DNA of 64,000 nucleotides, from contig OX597818.1 in the NCBI GenBank assembly GCA_951406725.2, positions 99,324,001 through 99,388,000 on the forward strand. Reading direction: 5' to 3'. The notes beneath the pieces are model-generated. The model did no database searches, was not told the origin of the DNA, and worked only from the letters and a program-made list of their open reading frames with translations. Shown here one piece after another: positions 12,465 to 25,367 of the stretch. The position numbers and the translations under genes were made by a program. Numbering within the stretch: position 1 is the first letter of the stretch; each line of letters begins with the position of its first letter. Origin of the DNA: Octopus vulgaris (taxonomy: Eukaryota).

Positions 12465-12784
12465 TTATTGTTTTGTCACACGTTTTTTTTTTTTTTTATC
12501 TAAAACATTTTTAAATACTAACAACGATAAATCTCCAAAAACTTTACAAGGTCTTTTCAGTATAGTGCTTTATTCCAAATTCACTGTATGGCAAATAAGA
12601 TTCCCAGATAAATAAGCTACATGGTAATAATAACGATGTTTAATGTAAACACAAACCTACATGTTTAGAATCGTTAAATCATTATTTTTCTATTGTTGAT
12701 TACATTCATGCTATATTCTCAAACTTTTACTCGGCAAACCTATGTAAAATGTAGGCTCATAGGTAGCTGTAAAACTAATGAATT

Positions 12785-12995
12785 TTAGATTAGGTATAAG
12801 GTTAGCAATTTTAAGGTGAGGACCTTAGTCAATATCATGAACTCCAGGAATTTATTGATACTTCATTTTATTACCCTAAAACGATGAAAGGAAAATTATC
12901 TTCGGCGGTATTTGAACTCGGAACATAAAGAACCGGAGTAGATAATACTGCAAGACATTTTTACTCGATGCCCTAGCAATTCTGCCGATCCATCT
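12785..12995 (-). mobile_element. Degenerate family B SINE
   Basis: CCCTAAAACGATGAAAGGAAAATTATCTTCGGCGGTATTTGAACTCGG and ATTCTGCCG match the reverse complement of family B. Confidence 0.6.
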
Positions 12996-13053
12996 CATTT
13001 ATAGCTACGAAACGATAATATTTTCAAGTATGAGGAAAGATATGAAATGAACT

Positions 13054-13501
13054 GGGATCTTTTCGGTTTGACCGGCAGTTTTTAAAAATAATTTCCACGT
13101 AACTAGACACTTTTAAACTTCGTATACTGGTAGAATGTGTTTATAAAACATTTTTTTCTCTTGGCTTTATTGAGAAAATTCTATAGTTTGTCAGATATTT
13201 GTTGTTTTTCTTTCTTCAATTTCTGCAATTTCAACCAATCAGTGACGTCTATTGAGGTGAAAACATTCTGTGCCGTATGAAAATGTCCCTCGTTTAAGAA
13301 ACAGATTAGGTTTATTTACATTTCTGAAGAAAAAAAGATACCCTTCCCCATAACCCTAACTCTAACCCTAACTAACCCTAACTCTAACCCTAACCCTAAA
13401 ATACATTGAAATGTAATAGATCGATACTAGGGTCATAATTATGGGTGACAATTTCATATGACACCTCTAGAAAAAACTGCTGTTCAAACCGAAAATATCC
13501 C
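13054..13501. mobile_element. Non-autonomous TIR element (MITE-like) carrying an internal telomeric (CCCTAA)n tract
   Basis: About 30-bp terminal inverted repeats GGGATCTTTTCGGTTTGACCGGCAGTTTTT / AAAAAACTGCTGTTCAAACCGAAAATATCCC. Imperfect (TAACCC)n at 13351-13399. No clear TSD. Confidence 0.85.
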
Positions 13502-13899
13502 AAAAGTCTTCTATATCTATCTGTTGATTTAACCAGATGCGATATATAGAAACAGTTTACCACTACAAGAAATCGGGATACTTGTGACACAATGTTCTGA
13601 AATTACAGTAATTAGTTCTAATCTAACTTGAGAAGTAAGAACGCTTCGTCACCACTCCTCCAGTACCACAAGAATGCCGTCAATTATAGAATATATTCCT
13701 GAAAGCTAATAAAACTCGTACGTGGTAATATGTTAGCTAACAAGAGTGCTAAGACGCGGTAGCTCGACCTGTTACAGATTGTGGCCTAGTATCTCTCAAA
13801 TAATCTCCTGTTATTTTATGAAAGCACACATTAGGCACTGCAGTCCAAAATAGACTTGTCTGGAGAAAGACAGGTTGATCACAACTGAAAAGTCTTTCA

Positions 13900-13996
13900 T
13901 CACACACACACACACACACACGCACACACACACACTCACACACATATACATACATATATACATTTACACGCATACATATATATGTATATCTATTTA

Positions 13997-14028
<32 letters not shown>

Positions 14029-14135
14029 AATATCTATATCTATATATTATACATATACATACATTTATATATATGTACAATGTATATATGTATATTTATA
14101 TATACAATTGTATAATATATAAACATCTCTCTCTT

Positions 14136-14179
<44 letters not shown>

Positions 14180-14190
14180 CATAAATGCGT

Positions 14191-14289
<99 letters not shown>

Positions 14290-14300
14290 CACACACACAC
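13900..14300. repeat. Compound microsatellite (CA)n/(CTAT)n/(CT)n/(TA)n/(CA)n
   Basis: Directly visible. Confidence 0.95.
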
Positions 14301-15078
14301 GTAATATACTCGACCGGGGCCGGCTTGAGGCGACATAACAAAATCAACAGCAGCTCGTCAATTATGCATTGTTGTAAGTCATATTCATCTTTGACAGCTT
14401 TATTTGTTTCTCCTACATTATGCAAAAAAGCTCAACATATTTCATTAACTTAAAGTAATTAATGACTTAAAAGATTTCAAAAGCCATACTTGAAAAAAAA
14501 GGAAAAAAAAAAGATAGAATTCGCAATTTTTATAACTTTTGTTAGTGAAGGTATCATATTTAGACATACTATAACTTTCAAATTTTCATATATTAAAAAG
14601 CAACAATAGCGACAATAACAAAACACATGTTCACTATCATATGAGTATAAATTAATGAGAATAATGTTTTGTCATATTTCTATATTTGTAACTACATCAT
14701 GTCTAATTCACCCAAATTTTATTTTGTTTATTGCATGTTTTCTTTGAGTGTTAAACTAGAATATTAAACTTGTTTGTAAAATGGAGTTCACGTGTCCAAG
14801 TAATATTTCCCTCTTCCAAGTTCAACAGCTAAATTATTATTTTTAAATTGTTGCATAAGTAATTTATTTTCTTGTACATATATTTTCATACTGGTTAGTC
14901 TTGACAACGGCTTTGTTGGATCCCTATCTTTAGCTATTTTGTCTGATATTCATTTTATTGAACGGCTAAGTTTACCATGATTTACATACTTTTTCAGCAG
15001 TTATACTCTTTGAGGAAGTAAATACCACAAAGAATGTACATAGATATATACAAGCACAGATACGGATGCATATACACA

Positions 15079-15492
15079 GGCGCAGGAGTGGCTGTGTGGT
15101 AAGTAGCTTGCTTACCAACCACATGGTTCCGGGTTCAGTCCCACTGTGTGACACCTTGGGCAAATGTCTTCTACTAGCCTCATCCCGACCAAAACCTTGT
15201 GAGTGGCTATGGTAGATGGAAACTGAAAGAAGCCTGTCGTATATATATATATATGTATATATATGTGTGTGTGTATATGTTTGTTTGTGTCTCTGTTTGT
15301 CCCCCCCACCATCACTTGACAACCGATGCTGGTGTGTTTACGTCCCCGTAACTTAGCGGTTCGACAAAAGAGACCGATAGAATAAGTACTAGGCTTACAA
15401 AGAATAAATCCTGGGGTCGGTTTGTTTGATTAAAGGCGGTGCTCCAGCATGGCCACAGTCAAATGACTGAAACAAGTAAAAGAATAAAAGAA
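15079..15492 (+). mobile_element. Family A SINE
   Basis: Colinear with 1199-1645. Tail GTAAAAGAATAAAAGA; short ATATACA direct repeat on both flanks. Confidence 0.92.
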
Positions 15493-15907
15493 TATACATG
15501 CAAGTAGGAAGGAGTGGTTTGAATTTGCATAAAGAGTAAAATGTATTCTGTACATCAAGTAGCACGCATACACACACATATACACACACGCAATTGGATA
15601 CGTTTATGTTTAGACATATACGGCAATTTGCAGTTCTTTCTCACGAAGTTAAGTCAGAAGGTATTGATCGATCTAATGCTATAGTGGAAGGCACCTTCTT
15701 AAAGTACTACGTAGTGGGATCGAAGTTAGAACCAATGGTTGCTTGGCTAGTTCTTAATTCCTGCACAAAAAAATGAATTTTTATGTAAACCTAAGCGCCG
15801 TAGAATAGTAGAAATGAAATCGCACGTCTAAGATTTCCTAAGTATAAATGAAGACTTTTCCCAAATATATTCAAGAATGGAATACGAACTGAGAACACGA
15901 CTGACCG

Positions 15908-15912
<5 letters not shown>

Positions 15913-15999
<87 letters not shown>

Positions 16000-16098
16000 C
16001 ACACACACACAGAGACACACATACAGACAGACACACACACACACAAACACACACATGTTTTTATGTATATATAATATATACATGCATGTGTGTATATA

Positions 16099-16129
<31 letters not shown>

Positions 16130-16270
16130 GTACGTGCACGCATGTGCGTGTGTAAATGCATATGTACTATGCTGCATGAGACTGCGAGTACCAATTCTGT
16201 ACTTTGTTGCTTTACACATACACACTCTCTCACAGACACACACACACAGATTCACACACCCATACACATA
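15913..16270. repeat. (CA)n and (TG)n microsatellite cluster
   Basis: Directly visible. Confidence 0.93.
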
Positions 16271-16646
16271 TACGCACAAGATAAATAAATAAATAAGAAA
16301 ACAGCATCTAACCAGGCTGATAACAGCAATCATTCATACGCACATGCATTGCAATGTAAATGAATTCTATTTGAATTTTCTGTTACAAAGTACGGAGTAC
16401 TAAGATCATATAGTCAACGATGTAGTTTATTTATTAATGTTGACATGTTCTCTTATTGCTATTACTTAAAATTTCGCACTGAGCAACTAGTTTTATGATA
16501 GAATTCCAATGAAGAAAGTTTGTTTCAAAAGATGGTAGCTTGTTTTTTTTTTATTTCTCACCCTCGAATGGATTTTGAATTCTTGTAGTAGTTTAGTCGA
16601 GCTTTTCCCTACAGCTGTAGTGAACTAGATATTTAGAATATAAGCT

Positions 16647-17030
16647 GCAGGAGTGGCTGTGTGGTAAGTAGCTTGCTTACCGACCACATAGTTCCGGGTT
16701 CAGTCCCTCTGCGTGGCACTTTGGGAAAGTCTTCTACTATAGTCTCGGGCCGACCAAAGCCTTGTGAGTGGATTTGGTAGACGGAAACTGAAAGAAGCCC
16801 GTCGTATATATATGTATGTATGTGTGTCTGTGTTTGTCCCCCCCAACAACGCTTGACAACCGATGCTGGTGTGTTTATGTCCCCGTAACTTAGCAGTTCG
16901 GCAAAAGTGACCGACAGAATAAGTACTAGGCTTACAAAGAATAATTCCTGGGGTCGATTTGCTCGACTAAAGGCGGTGCTCCAGCATGGCCGTAGTCAAA
17001 TGACTGAAACAAGTAAAAGAGTAAAAGAGA
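16647..17030 (+). mobile_element. Family A SINE with short internal microsatellite
   Basis: Colinear with 1199-1645; tail (GTAAAAGA)2. Confidence 0.92.
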
Positions 17031-18274
17031 TACCAATTTTAAGTTATATTTTTGGCTGTAAAATGTTGACATCTAGGGTGTAGTGCGCTTAACCATCGAA
17101 CCATTTAATTTCTGTTATTTACATCTTAAAATTTTAACCTCCATCACTATAATATTGTAGCCTTAATTCTTCCCCTCATACCTGAATAGGAATTTCGTGG
17201 TGGAAATGGGTAATTCCGTTATTAGCTTCTTCCCTCGCTATTTCACTCTGTATTCATTCATAAAAACGTATGTTTTTATGAATGATGCATACATCCGTGT
17301 ATGTCTCCGTGTCTCTCTTCTCTCTCTTTCTCACAGTAATTTGTTTTCTAGATAAGAAAATTGATTTAAGCGATAATTTCGATTTGAATCTGCTCAGATG
17401 AATAACCAGTTATGTAAAAAGAAAGGGGATAAAACTAATTCCTAGCGTATGTAATATTTATAAGAGAGCAGGTGAAAGTAAACCTCCGACAGAATTTCAA
17501 TTAGAGAAACAGTGAAGCACCGAAATAACCATATAAAGAGCTATCTACTCGCCTCCCCAACCTCTGTGCCAAGCACCGCCATATCTAAATGCTTTTAACG
17601 CTCCCGATGCATTAATATGAGGCCACACTTTTATGGGGAACAGATATAGTGTTTTGAACCGATCCCTGAACGTAACTTGCATTTATTTTATCGATCTCGG
17701 TCAGATAGAAGACGGAGTCGACCCCGCTGGAACATGAATATGAATATCAAGTTATGGATATTGATTTATTTCTGATTAAACGCAAGACCAGAAATTCAGA
17801 AGGAAGAAGAATATGACATGGCTTTCTCTCTTGCATTTATAAAGGAAGAGAAATTCTTTTATTCGGAAAATCAAAACCAAGTTGTAAGCTCGGCTCACGG
17901 TGAGCTTCCCTTTGCTCTACAGCATATGTCACAACGCCTATGAATTATTGCAAGATGACAAATCAATATGCCAGCTTGCCTTTTGTGTGTGTTGTTATAA
18001 ATGTTCACTTCTCTTCAGCATGTGAGGATCTCTATATTGAATAATCTATCGGCTCTTTTAATGTTTAAAATGATTTACTAACAACTGGCTTCAAAGGATT
18101 TCCATATGCCCTTAATATCCTTGTAATCCATCATTGAAATCCTGGTAAGAAGACAAGAGATTTGACTACAATTTCGATGCCGTACTAGCTTACAATTGCT
18201 TACATATGCATATATATGTGTGTGTGTATGTGTACATATATATGTATGTATACACGCACACACGCACGCACACA

Positions 18275-18318
<44 letters not shown>

Positions 18319-18964
18319 TATATACGCATATATGTATGAGTATACGTAAGCATGTAAGAGTTTTCGTGTGTGTTTAATTTCACAGGAATAAAGCCTTTGT
18401 AAATCTCCAACTGTCAGCTCATATTGTCGTTCTTCATCATCATTACCCGTAATACACACACACACACACACATACATGCACACACAGATACATACGTACA
18501 TACACACACATATACATACATACATGTATACATATATGCATACATACATAAACACACACACGCGCATATACTTTATTTCTTTACCGTTTTTATTTGACTA
18601 GGACCATGTCGAGGGACGACTGCATTCAAAAGTTTAGGCGATCATATACATATACTTATATTGGCTGGAAATTCAGGGTTTCTGGTTCAGAACGCAGTCT
18701 AATAACATGTAGGATAATAACATGTTGATAAAGCCACAATATATGTTAATGGATCCCGAAACTGCCGGCTCTACATAACTGAAAAATTCCAGATATTAAA
18801 ACAACCATTTGCATCTTTAGCCGGAAGTATTACTTACTCGTCATCATTGGAGAAAATTCCTTTTAAAAATCCTCTTTAAGCCCGAGAGTCCACACCCTAT
18901 TTATTTAAATTCCAAGCAACTGAATTTAACAAGTGTGGTTTAATAGCTCTCACTAATCGTAAAT

Positions 18965-19011
<47 letters not shown>

Positions 19012-19013
<2 letters not shown>

Positions 19014-19262
19014 GGGGAAAAAAGGTGAAGATAGAAAATGTTAAAATAATTTTATAAAAAACATTTCAGTACCGGTTTCAGTCATTGAGACTTTTTCAAC
19101 TTTAGTATGGAAAACAATTAAATTTACAAAAATTTAAAAAGTTTTTTTTTAAAAGAATATTTGTATAGTGTTCAAATACAAGTGGCATTTTCCTTGTTTC
19201 TGCCTGTCTCTGTCTCTCTTTTTTACTCTTGTGGGTTCGAGGTCGTTGTAAATTCTTGGTAG
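19012..19262 (-). mobile_element. Penelope-like element terminal fragment abutting (TA)n
   Basis: Minus strand has a minimal hammerhead motif followed by a T-rich tail that runs into (TA)n. This layout is typical of Penelope-like pseudo-LTRs. No ORF retained. Confidence 0.65.
19066..19101 (-). ncRNA. Minimal type I hammerhead ribozyme motif, U3-A8 core variant
   Basis: Minus RNA AG-UUGAAAA-AGUC(UCAAU)GACU-GAAA-CCGG-UA/CU: 4-bp stem II, palindromic stem III ACCGGU, GUA cleavage triplet. Stem I is only 2 bp in this copy. Confidence 0.65.
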
Positions 19263-19326
19263 GGAAGAAGAAGAAGAAGAAGAAGAAGAAGAAGAAGAAG
19301 AAAGAGGAGGAGGAGGAGGAAGAGGA

Positions 19327-19482
19327 GGTACATGTCTATGCGGAATACTCAGCCATTTACACTATATTGCAATGAGTAGCTACTTGCACCAATCGAACAA
19401 CTGGAATGCTCACCGTCGACATCGATGGAGGACCCATTTATTTTCACGTTTTATCACTTGCAATTGTTAACTACAGTAAAAT
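19327..19482 (+). repeat. Left arm of a 156-bp inverted duplication (partner 20715-20870)
   Basis: Reverse complement of 20715-20870 with two mismatches by eye. Confidence 0.95.
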
Positions 19483-19991
19483 ATATATACATATATATAT
19501 TCAAAGTGTTTTTTTTTTACTTTATAAGGTCATCCTAAAAGAAGGACATCATCTATGCTCCGTCCCGTGACTTGCTTCGACCAATGAGAATTGGCCAAGC
19601 TAGTATGTTGAGAATTTACAGTATTATTCATTCCCCAAATATTGATAGATTATGCATGTGCTACACCAGTAGCAATGAGTGAATGGTTAACATATTTCTA
19701 AGAGATATAAACTATACACCATGTTGTGAGCTCTCTTTTCTCCCATTTGCACACACACACATAGCTATACTATTCTGTATGTATGTGTATATGCGCATGA
19801 CTGTATGTGTGTGTGTGTACGTGTGTATGTAAATTTATACAGACATGACTGTGCCATCAAGCATTCGCCTCAGAGAACGTGTAAGGTTGAAAATTAAGTA
19901 ATAGTGTATGGCTTTAGTCAAATACAGATATAATTTACACTCTGTATTGAGTGCTTTCCCCTCTAGTTCATTACAGACTAATGTACATTTG

Positions 19992-19994
<3 letters not shown>

Positions 19995-20025
<31 letters not shown>

Positions 20026-20354
20026 TGTATGTATGTATGTATGTATGTATGTATGTGTGTATGTATGTATGTATGTATGTATGTATGTATGTATGTATGT
20101 ATGTATGTATGTACGTATGTATGTACGTATGTATGTACGTATGTATGAATGTATGTATGTATGTATGTATGTATGTATGTATGTATGTATGTATGTATGC
20201 ATGTATGCATGTATGTATGTATGTATGTATGTGTGTATGTATATATGTGTGTATGTATGTATGCATGCATGAATATATGTATGTATGTATTTATGTATGT
20301 ATGAATATATATATGTACCTATCTATGCACACAGACAGACAGACACACACACAC

Positions 20355-20410
<56 letters not shown>
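19995..20410. repeat. (TATG)n and (CA)n microsatellites
   Basis: Directly visible. Confidence 0.96.
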
Positions 20411-20411
<1 letters not shown>

Positions 20412-20714
20412 TTACATGCACGCTTGAAAACTTGCATATTCATGTATTCACATGTCTTCACACATTTTCGTACCTTAATATAAATATGTGTGTGAGTGTG
20501 TGTCTAAAGGTGTGAAAATATATATATTAATACTCACGCATACACACATACATATGCATTTATCTTCCTGTGTATCAGTATGTATGTATATAGTCACTAG
20601 CATAACCTATGTTCTTGATATGAACATGGAGAAGTCATGTACGTCACGTCTTCATTTAACTCAATAGAGCTAATCATTCATTGACAGGTAACCGTTGATT
20701 AGGCACGTCAACCA

Positions 20715-20930
20715 ATTTTACTGTAGTTAACAATTGCAAGTGATAAAACGTGAAAATAAATGGGTCCTCCATCGATGTCGACGGTGAGTATTCCAGTTGT
20801 TCGATTGGTGCAAGTAGCTACTCATTGCAATATAGTGTAAATGGCTGAGTATTCCGCACAGACATGTACCGTAAACTTTAGCTTCTGGCAAATTCAGCGT
20901 GACATTGTCTGTGACAAGGCTGAGTGTTGA
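20715..20930 (-). mobile_element. Old SINE 3' segment plus flank; contains the right arm (20715-20870) of the inverted duplication
   Basis: Similar to 41730-41890 (GGTACA-ATGTCTGTGG...CAACTG), and the similarity continues beyond 20870 (CAGCGTGAC...GTGACAAGGCTG), marking this as the original copy. Confidence 0.7.
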
Positions 20931-20989
20931 TGAAATACAAGCGCTGCCTAACCAACGTGTTTCTATCTGAACCTTCTATTCAAGATGTT

Positions 20990-21277
20990 TGACTTACTAA
21001 GCTTTGGTCGATCCGATGCTTTGAAAGAAGACACTCACGAAGGTGCCTCGCAATGGAATCGAACTTTTATACTAATAGTCCAAATATCATAAATAATCAG
21101 CTATAATTATATATCTTTTCGTTTATTCTTTTACCTGTTTCAGTCATTGGAATGTGCCCAAGCTGGGGCACCGTCTTGAAGGGCTTAATCGAAAAAGTCT
21201 TTCGCACTTACATTTTAAATCTGGTACTAGCGAGTCTTATGCCTACCGCTACAGCAAGTAGTAACGGAGTAAACACA

Positions 21278-21318
<41 letters not shown>

Positions 21319-21470
21319 ACCTATATACGAAACCTTGTACACAATTCCCGTCCATCAAATTTACTCACAAAGTATTTGTCTGTCCGGGGCTATAATAGAC
21401 GAAATTAACCTAAGATGTGGGATTGAACGAAATACCATGCGAGACCACATCTTGTTCGTACCTATAGTCA
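20990..21470 (-). mobile_element. Degenerate family A SINE (21115-21470) plus a partial left module (20990-21100)
   Basis: CTTTTACCTGTTTCAGTCATTGG tail, internal (CA)n, CCGTCCATCAAATTTACTCACAAAG; AAGCTTTGGTCGATCCG...GAAGACAC. Confidence 0.7.
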
Positions 21471-22728
21471 TGCCTTTATTTGTAATATTTTATGAGCGAA
21501 GATCGTGTTTATTTAGTATCTCGTTACTTAGAGCATCCTGAAGAATGTCAGGAATTCCTCGCGTGGAAATGACTGTTGGTAAGAGCCCCCACGACAGTCA
21601 GATAACATACAAACACAAACATACACATATATCCGCATATACGTACATGGATATTAAGATGTGGAGATGCTATGGTTATAATGGGCTCACAAGGGTAAAA
21701 GGATAAGGAGATAAAAATTTAATTTTTATTTTGTAGTTACTTGCTGTACAGATCAATAATTGGCGGTGTTGTTAGTGGAATCACTAATCTCTCTAACCAT
21801 GCCCATTAAAAAATTGTGCTTCTTTTATAACCGTATTCATCTTTGTTTGATATTTTGATTACAATATTGTGTTAGCTTGATTTTACTTACAGCTAAAGTC
21901 CATTGAGAGGTGAGGTATCTTCCATGGCAGTAGCTATTAGTTGTTACCATATCCTTTGCCAATTCTTCATTCTAATTGTAAAAGTTAATTAGTTCTGCTT
22001 CAATAGATTCTTGCATGTCTTGGAATGTATACGAGAAGAATACGAGCTTAGAAGATTAATTGATGAAATTACATGATATACAATATACACTGCACAATGA
22101 AAGAGAGTTCCGTGCTCATTGGGTAAAATGTACACAAAGATTTTATAACTGATTCACACTGTAGCCTCTTTGTCTCACTGGAAGATTTGCCGGCTATTTA
22201 GGCGATCAGTTGCCAGATATGGAGAACAAATGATTACTATCAATAAATGAATAATAATAAAATTGATAAATGTCTCCTCAAGCCTCAGGGGCTCTTCATA
22301 AAACTGGTGCTTAGCTTTGGCTGTATGAATATAGCTTCTGAAATGGACGCTGGTCTAACACTGGTAACATTCTCAGAAGATCTATCATCTTTTAACCTCA
22401 TCTCGGTTAAGTGAAGCATGTAGAATTAAGTGTCCTTCTTAGAATAACAAGTTGATATATGCAGCAGACGTGGATGAATTTAATTTTAGCTTATTTTCAT
22501 TGCATGTATAAAATTGAAACAAAAAAATAAAAGCTTTAATTGACTGAAATGCGAGTGTCCCTCTGGCATGAACACCAACCTATTGAAGATAGTGTTACTA
22601 TGAAGACTAGTAGTCATGCTCTTACCAACTAGTTACTGTGTGAAATAAAATGTACAAAATTAATAGTATAAATCGTTTGCTATTACTCTATTCGTAACAG
22701 CATGACATTAATTTTACTAAATCTAAAT

Positions 22729-23094
22729 CAGGCACGGGAAATCTTTTTCGTGAAGTAGGCCGCTTGAGACATGGCTCATCATCAGGCGAGCTGCAACTAT
22801 TGGGTTGATGCATAATTATTGCAGCTTTTTTTCAACAAAAACGATAACAATATTTAACAAAAACATCTTTAAATAACGGTCTGACCGTCTGCCGAGCAAA
22901 TAGGAAGCAGTAATTGAAGTAGATGGTGAATATGCTCCGGAATAATAATTTAAAGATGTTTTTGTTGCATGTTGTTATTGTTTTTATTGAATAAAATTTG
23001 TTGAAAAAAAGTCGCAATATAAAAAATTATACGATAATTTTTCGTTTGACGTGCCATTCAGAAAGTTTTGCGGGTTACAGTTTGCTCATGATTA
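22729..23094. mobile_element. hAT-type MITE with 8-bp TSD
   Basis: ATCTAAAT at 22721-22728 and 23095-23102. Decayed termini CAGGCACGGGAAA / TTTGCTCATGATTA with GGCCGC and GCGGG subterminal motifs. An 8-bp TSD is the hAT hallmark. Confidence 0.7.
22799..23020. mobile_element. Tc1/mariner-type MITE nested in the hAT MITE, right TIR truncated
   Basis: TATTGGGTTGATGCATAATTATTGCAGCTTTTTTTCAACAAA on the left; partial mirror TTTGTTGAAAAAAAGTCGCAATA on the right. Confidence 0.6.
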
Positions 23095-23374
23095 ATCTAA
23101 ATCTATGTAGATGTTACTGAAATGGGCCTACACGTGATTTCTTAATGAATTACATTAGAAAAAAAATCTTATGACCCAAGGTAATCTATTGCAAAACGGT
23201 TTCAAAATAAGCAACCTTCGTTTAATGCAATGCCAATTTCGGTACTTGTAGGCTAAGACATCTATAAAAATCAATAACTCAATGAATTAAAAAGTAAATA
23301 AATTATTCCAAATAAACCACGCCACGCCGTATCATATTGTTTTGTAGTTGTTACATATAATGTCTTCTAATTTA

Positions 23375-23570
23375 GACACTAGGCCAATAATTTTGAGGGG
23401 AAGGAGTTTGTCGATACCATGATCTCAGAACTTGATAGGTACTTAATTTTTTATCAACCCTGGAGAGATGAAAGCAAAGTTGACATTGGCGAGATTTGAA
23501 CTCGGAATATAAAGAACCGGAACCTATAACGCTTAACTTTTTCTTTCCGACAGTCTTATGATTCTGCTCC
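23375..23570 (-). mobile_element. Degenerate family B SINE
   Basis: GGTACTTAATTTTTTATCAACCCTGGAGAGATGAAAGCAAAGTTGACATTGGCGAGATTTGAACTCGG. Confidence 0.65.
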
Positions 23571-25309
23571 CTCGTTGTATCAAGCCAACACTTTTCAGCA
23601 GTTTCCGTACCTAAAATGTCTGTAAAACCTGCTTGAAAACAAATTGCTTGAATACGCTTATATTCACAAAGAGTGGTCAACACCTTACAAAAAATCTTTT
23701 AGAAATAAATAAAGAAAGAAAGTAAGAAAATAAAAAAAGACTCCTACAAAGTATAATCGTAAAAAACGATGCAAGGAAATGGGAGATATGAGGTTGTGAC
23801 ATTTTGAGACAACCAAATTGATTAACGGCGCTTAAAAAGACAAATTGTTTTTACTGGAAGTCGAAACCACAGTGTTTCAGGTGAATAGCAACCACAACGT
23901 TAAAAGTTCTTTTGAAAAAATGTTATAAGAGATAGCACCAGGAGTAGCAAAGTAATATTAATTGCAACAATGAATGTTTGATCATCAGACTTTCGAAACT
24001 TGATAATAAAGAGCTGCTCAGCTGCGAGAACGGTATCAGATTGCGTCGTAATTGCAACAACAGAAAAAAATTGTCTGAACATATATTAATTGGATATTCC
24101 ATATCCCATAAAAATGTATATAAATATAAAAACAAAACACCGCCAGCGGTAGTAGTAGCATTTGAAGTAGCAACTGTATTCGAAGTAACTAAAGCAAGTG
24201 TCTAGACTTAAGATAGTTGAGTGTTCTTAAAACTCCAAAAGACTTGTCAATTTGTCAGAGGTCCACATTTAGTGTCTTTCAATAGAGCAAATATTTAAAT
24301 AACAACGAGAATATATGTGCAGACAGATACGCCTTCCTTCAAACACCCACACACAAACACCCACACCCACATGCATGAATGCATATTGACATGTCATAAA
24401 TCTAAAGTAGATGACACAAATAATGAATTCTGGATGATAAGTGGCATATTTACTCATTGACATCAGTCTGTAGAAATACGTACAAGAATCTTTATATGTT
24501 TCAGAAAGTACAACGTTTATGACAGTATTGCTTCTAGTTTGTGTTATATTTGTTTGATTGCAAAAGCTTGTGAAGATAAGTTACCGGAATCTAAATGAAG
24601 TTGTATAGTTTTGTTCGTTTGTGTTCGTGTAAATCTATGTATAATATCAGGTTGTGTAAAGCATAGAATCTTGTGAAGTTAAATTGTTTTGGTGGCTGTG
24701 TATTTTGTATTACATCATCTTAATATAAAATCTCTGTATTGGAAAATACTGTTAGATCTTCTTCCGGTGTTTTCTTAAAGAAACAGAAGTGATAAAATAT
24801 CTATTTAGTAATGCTATCAAAAAATAACAACAACAAAACAAAACCCCAATAGAAAAAAAAAAAAACTCGATACAGTTGGTTTTCATTGTTCGATATCAAT
24901 CAGCTTGTTTTCAGATAGTCTGAATCAGAGAACAGCATGTCCTAAATTGTCGATGCACCAACTTCGAATAAAACTATGATATGATAAACTTTGAAAAGAT
25001 CCATGTGTTCAAAGCTTCAGCAAGTTTATTGTAAGAGTACACAAAAGATCGTTGTACACATATACACAGAGGAACGGACTGTTTCAAACCATATAAAAAT
25101 GAAAATTAACCAATGATAAAGAGCGATAAAAAAAAAAAGCGTAGAAAAAGGAAAAGATGAAAAGAGTTAAATTTTTTAAAATCATAGATGTACCCAGACC
25201 TGGCCAGAATTCTAAAGTAAAAAATAATAACACGGATAATGTTAGCATGGCAATAAACAGAAAATTCTAACGTTTCGAATAGGATCATTTACAAAGAGAG
25301 AGAAGGAGA

Positions 25310-25367
<58 letters not shown>

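Noticed and set aside
13351-13399. Telomere or chromosome-fusion site
   Set aside because: Short, imperfect tract embedded inside a TIR element.
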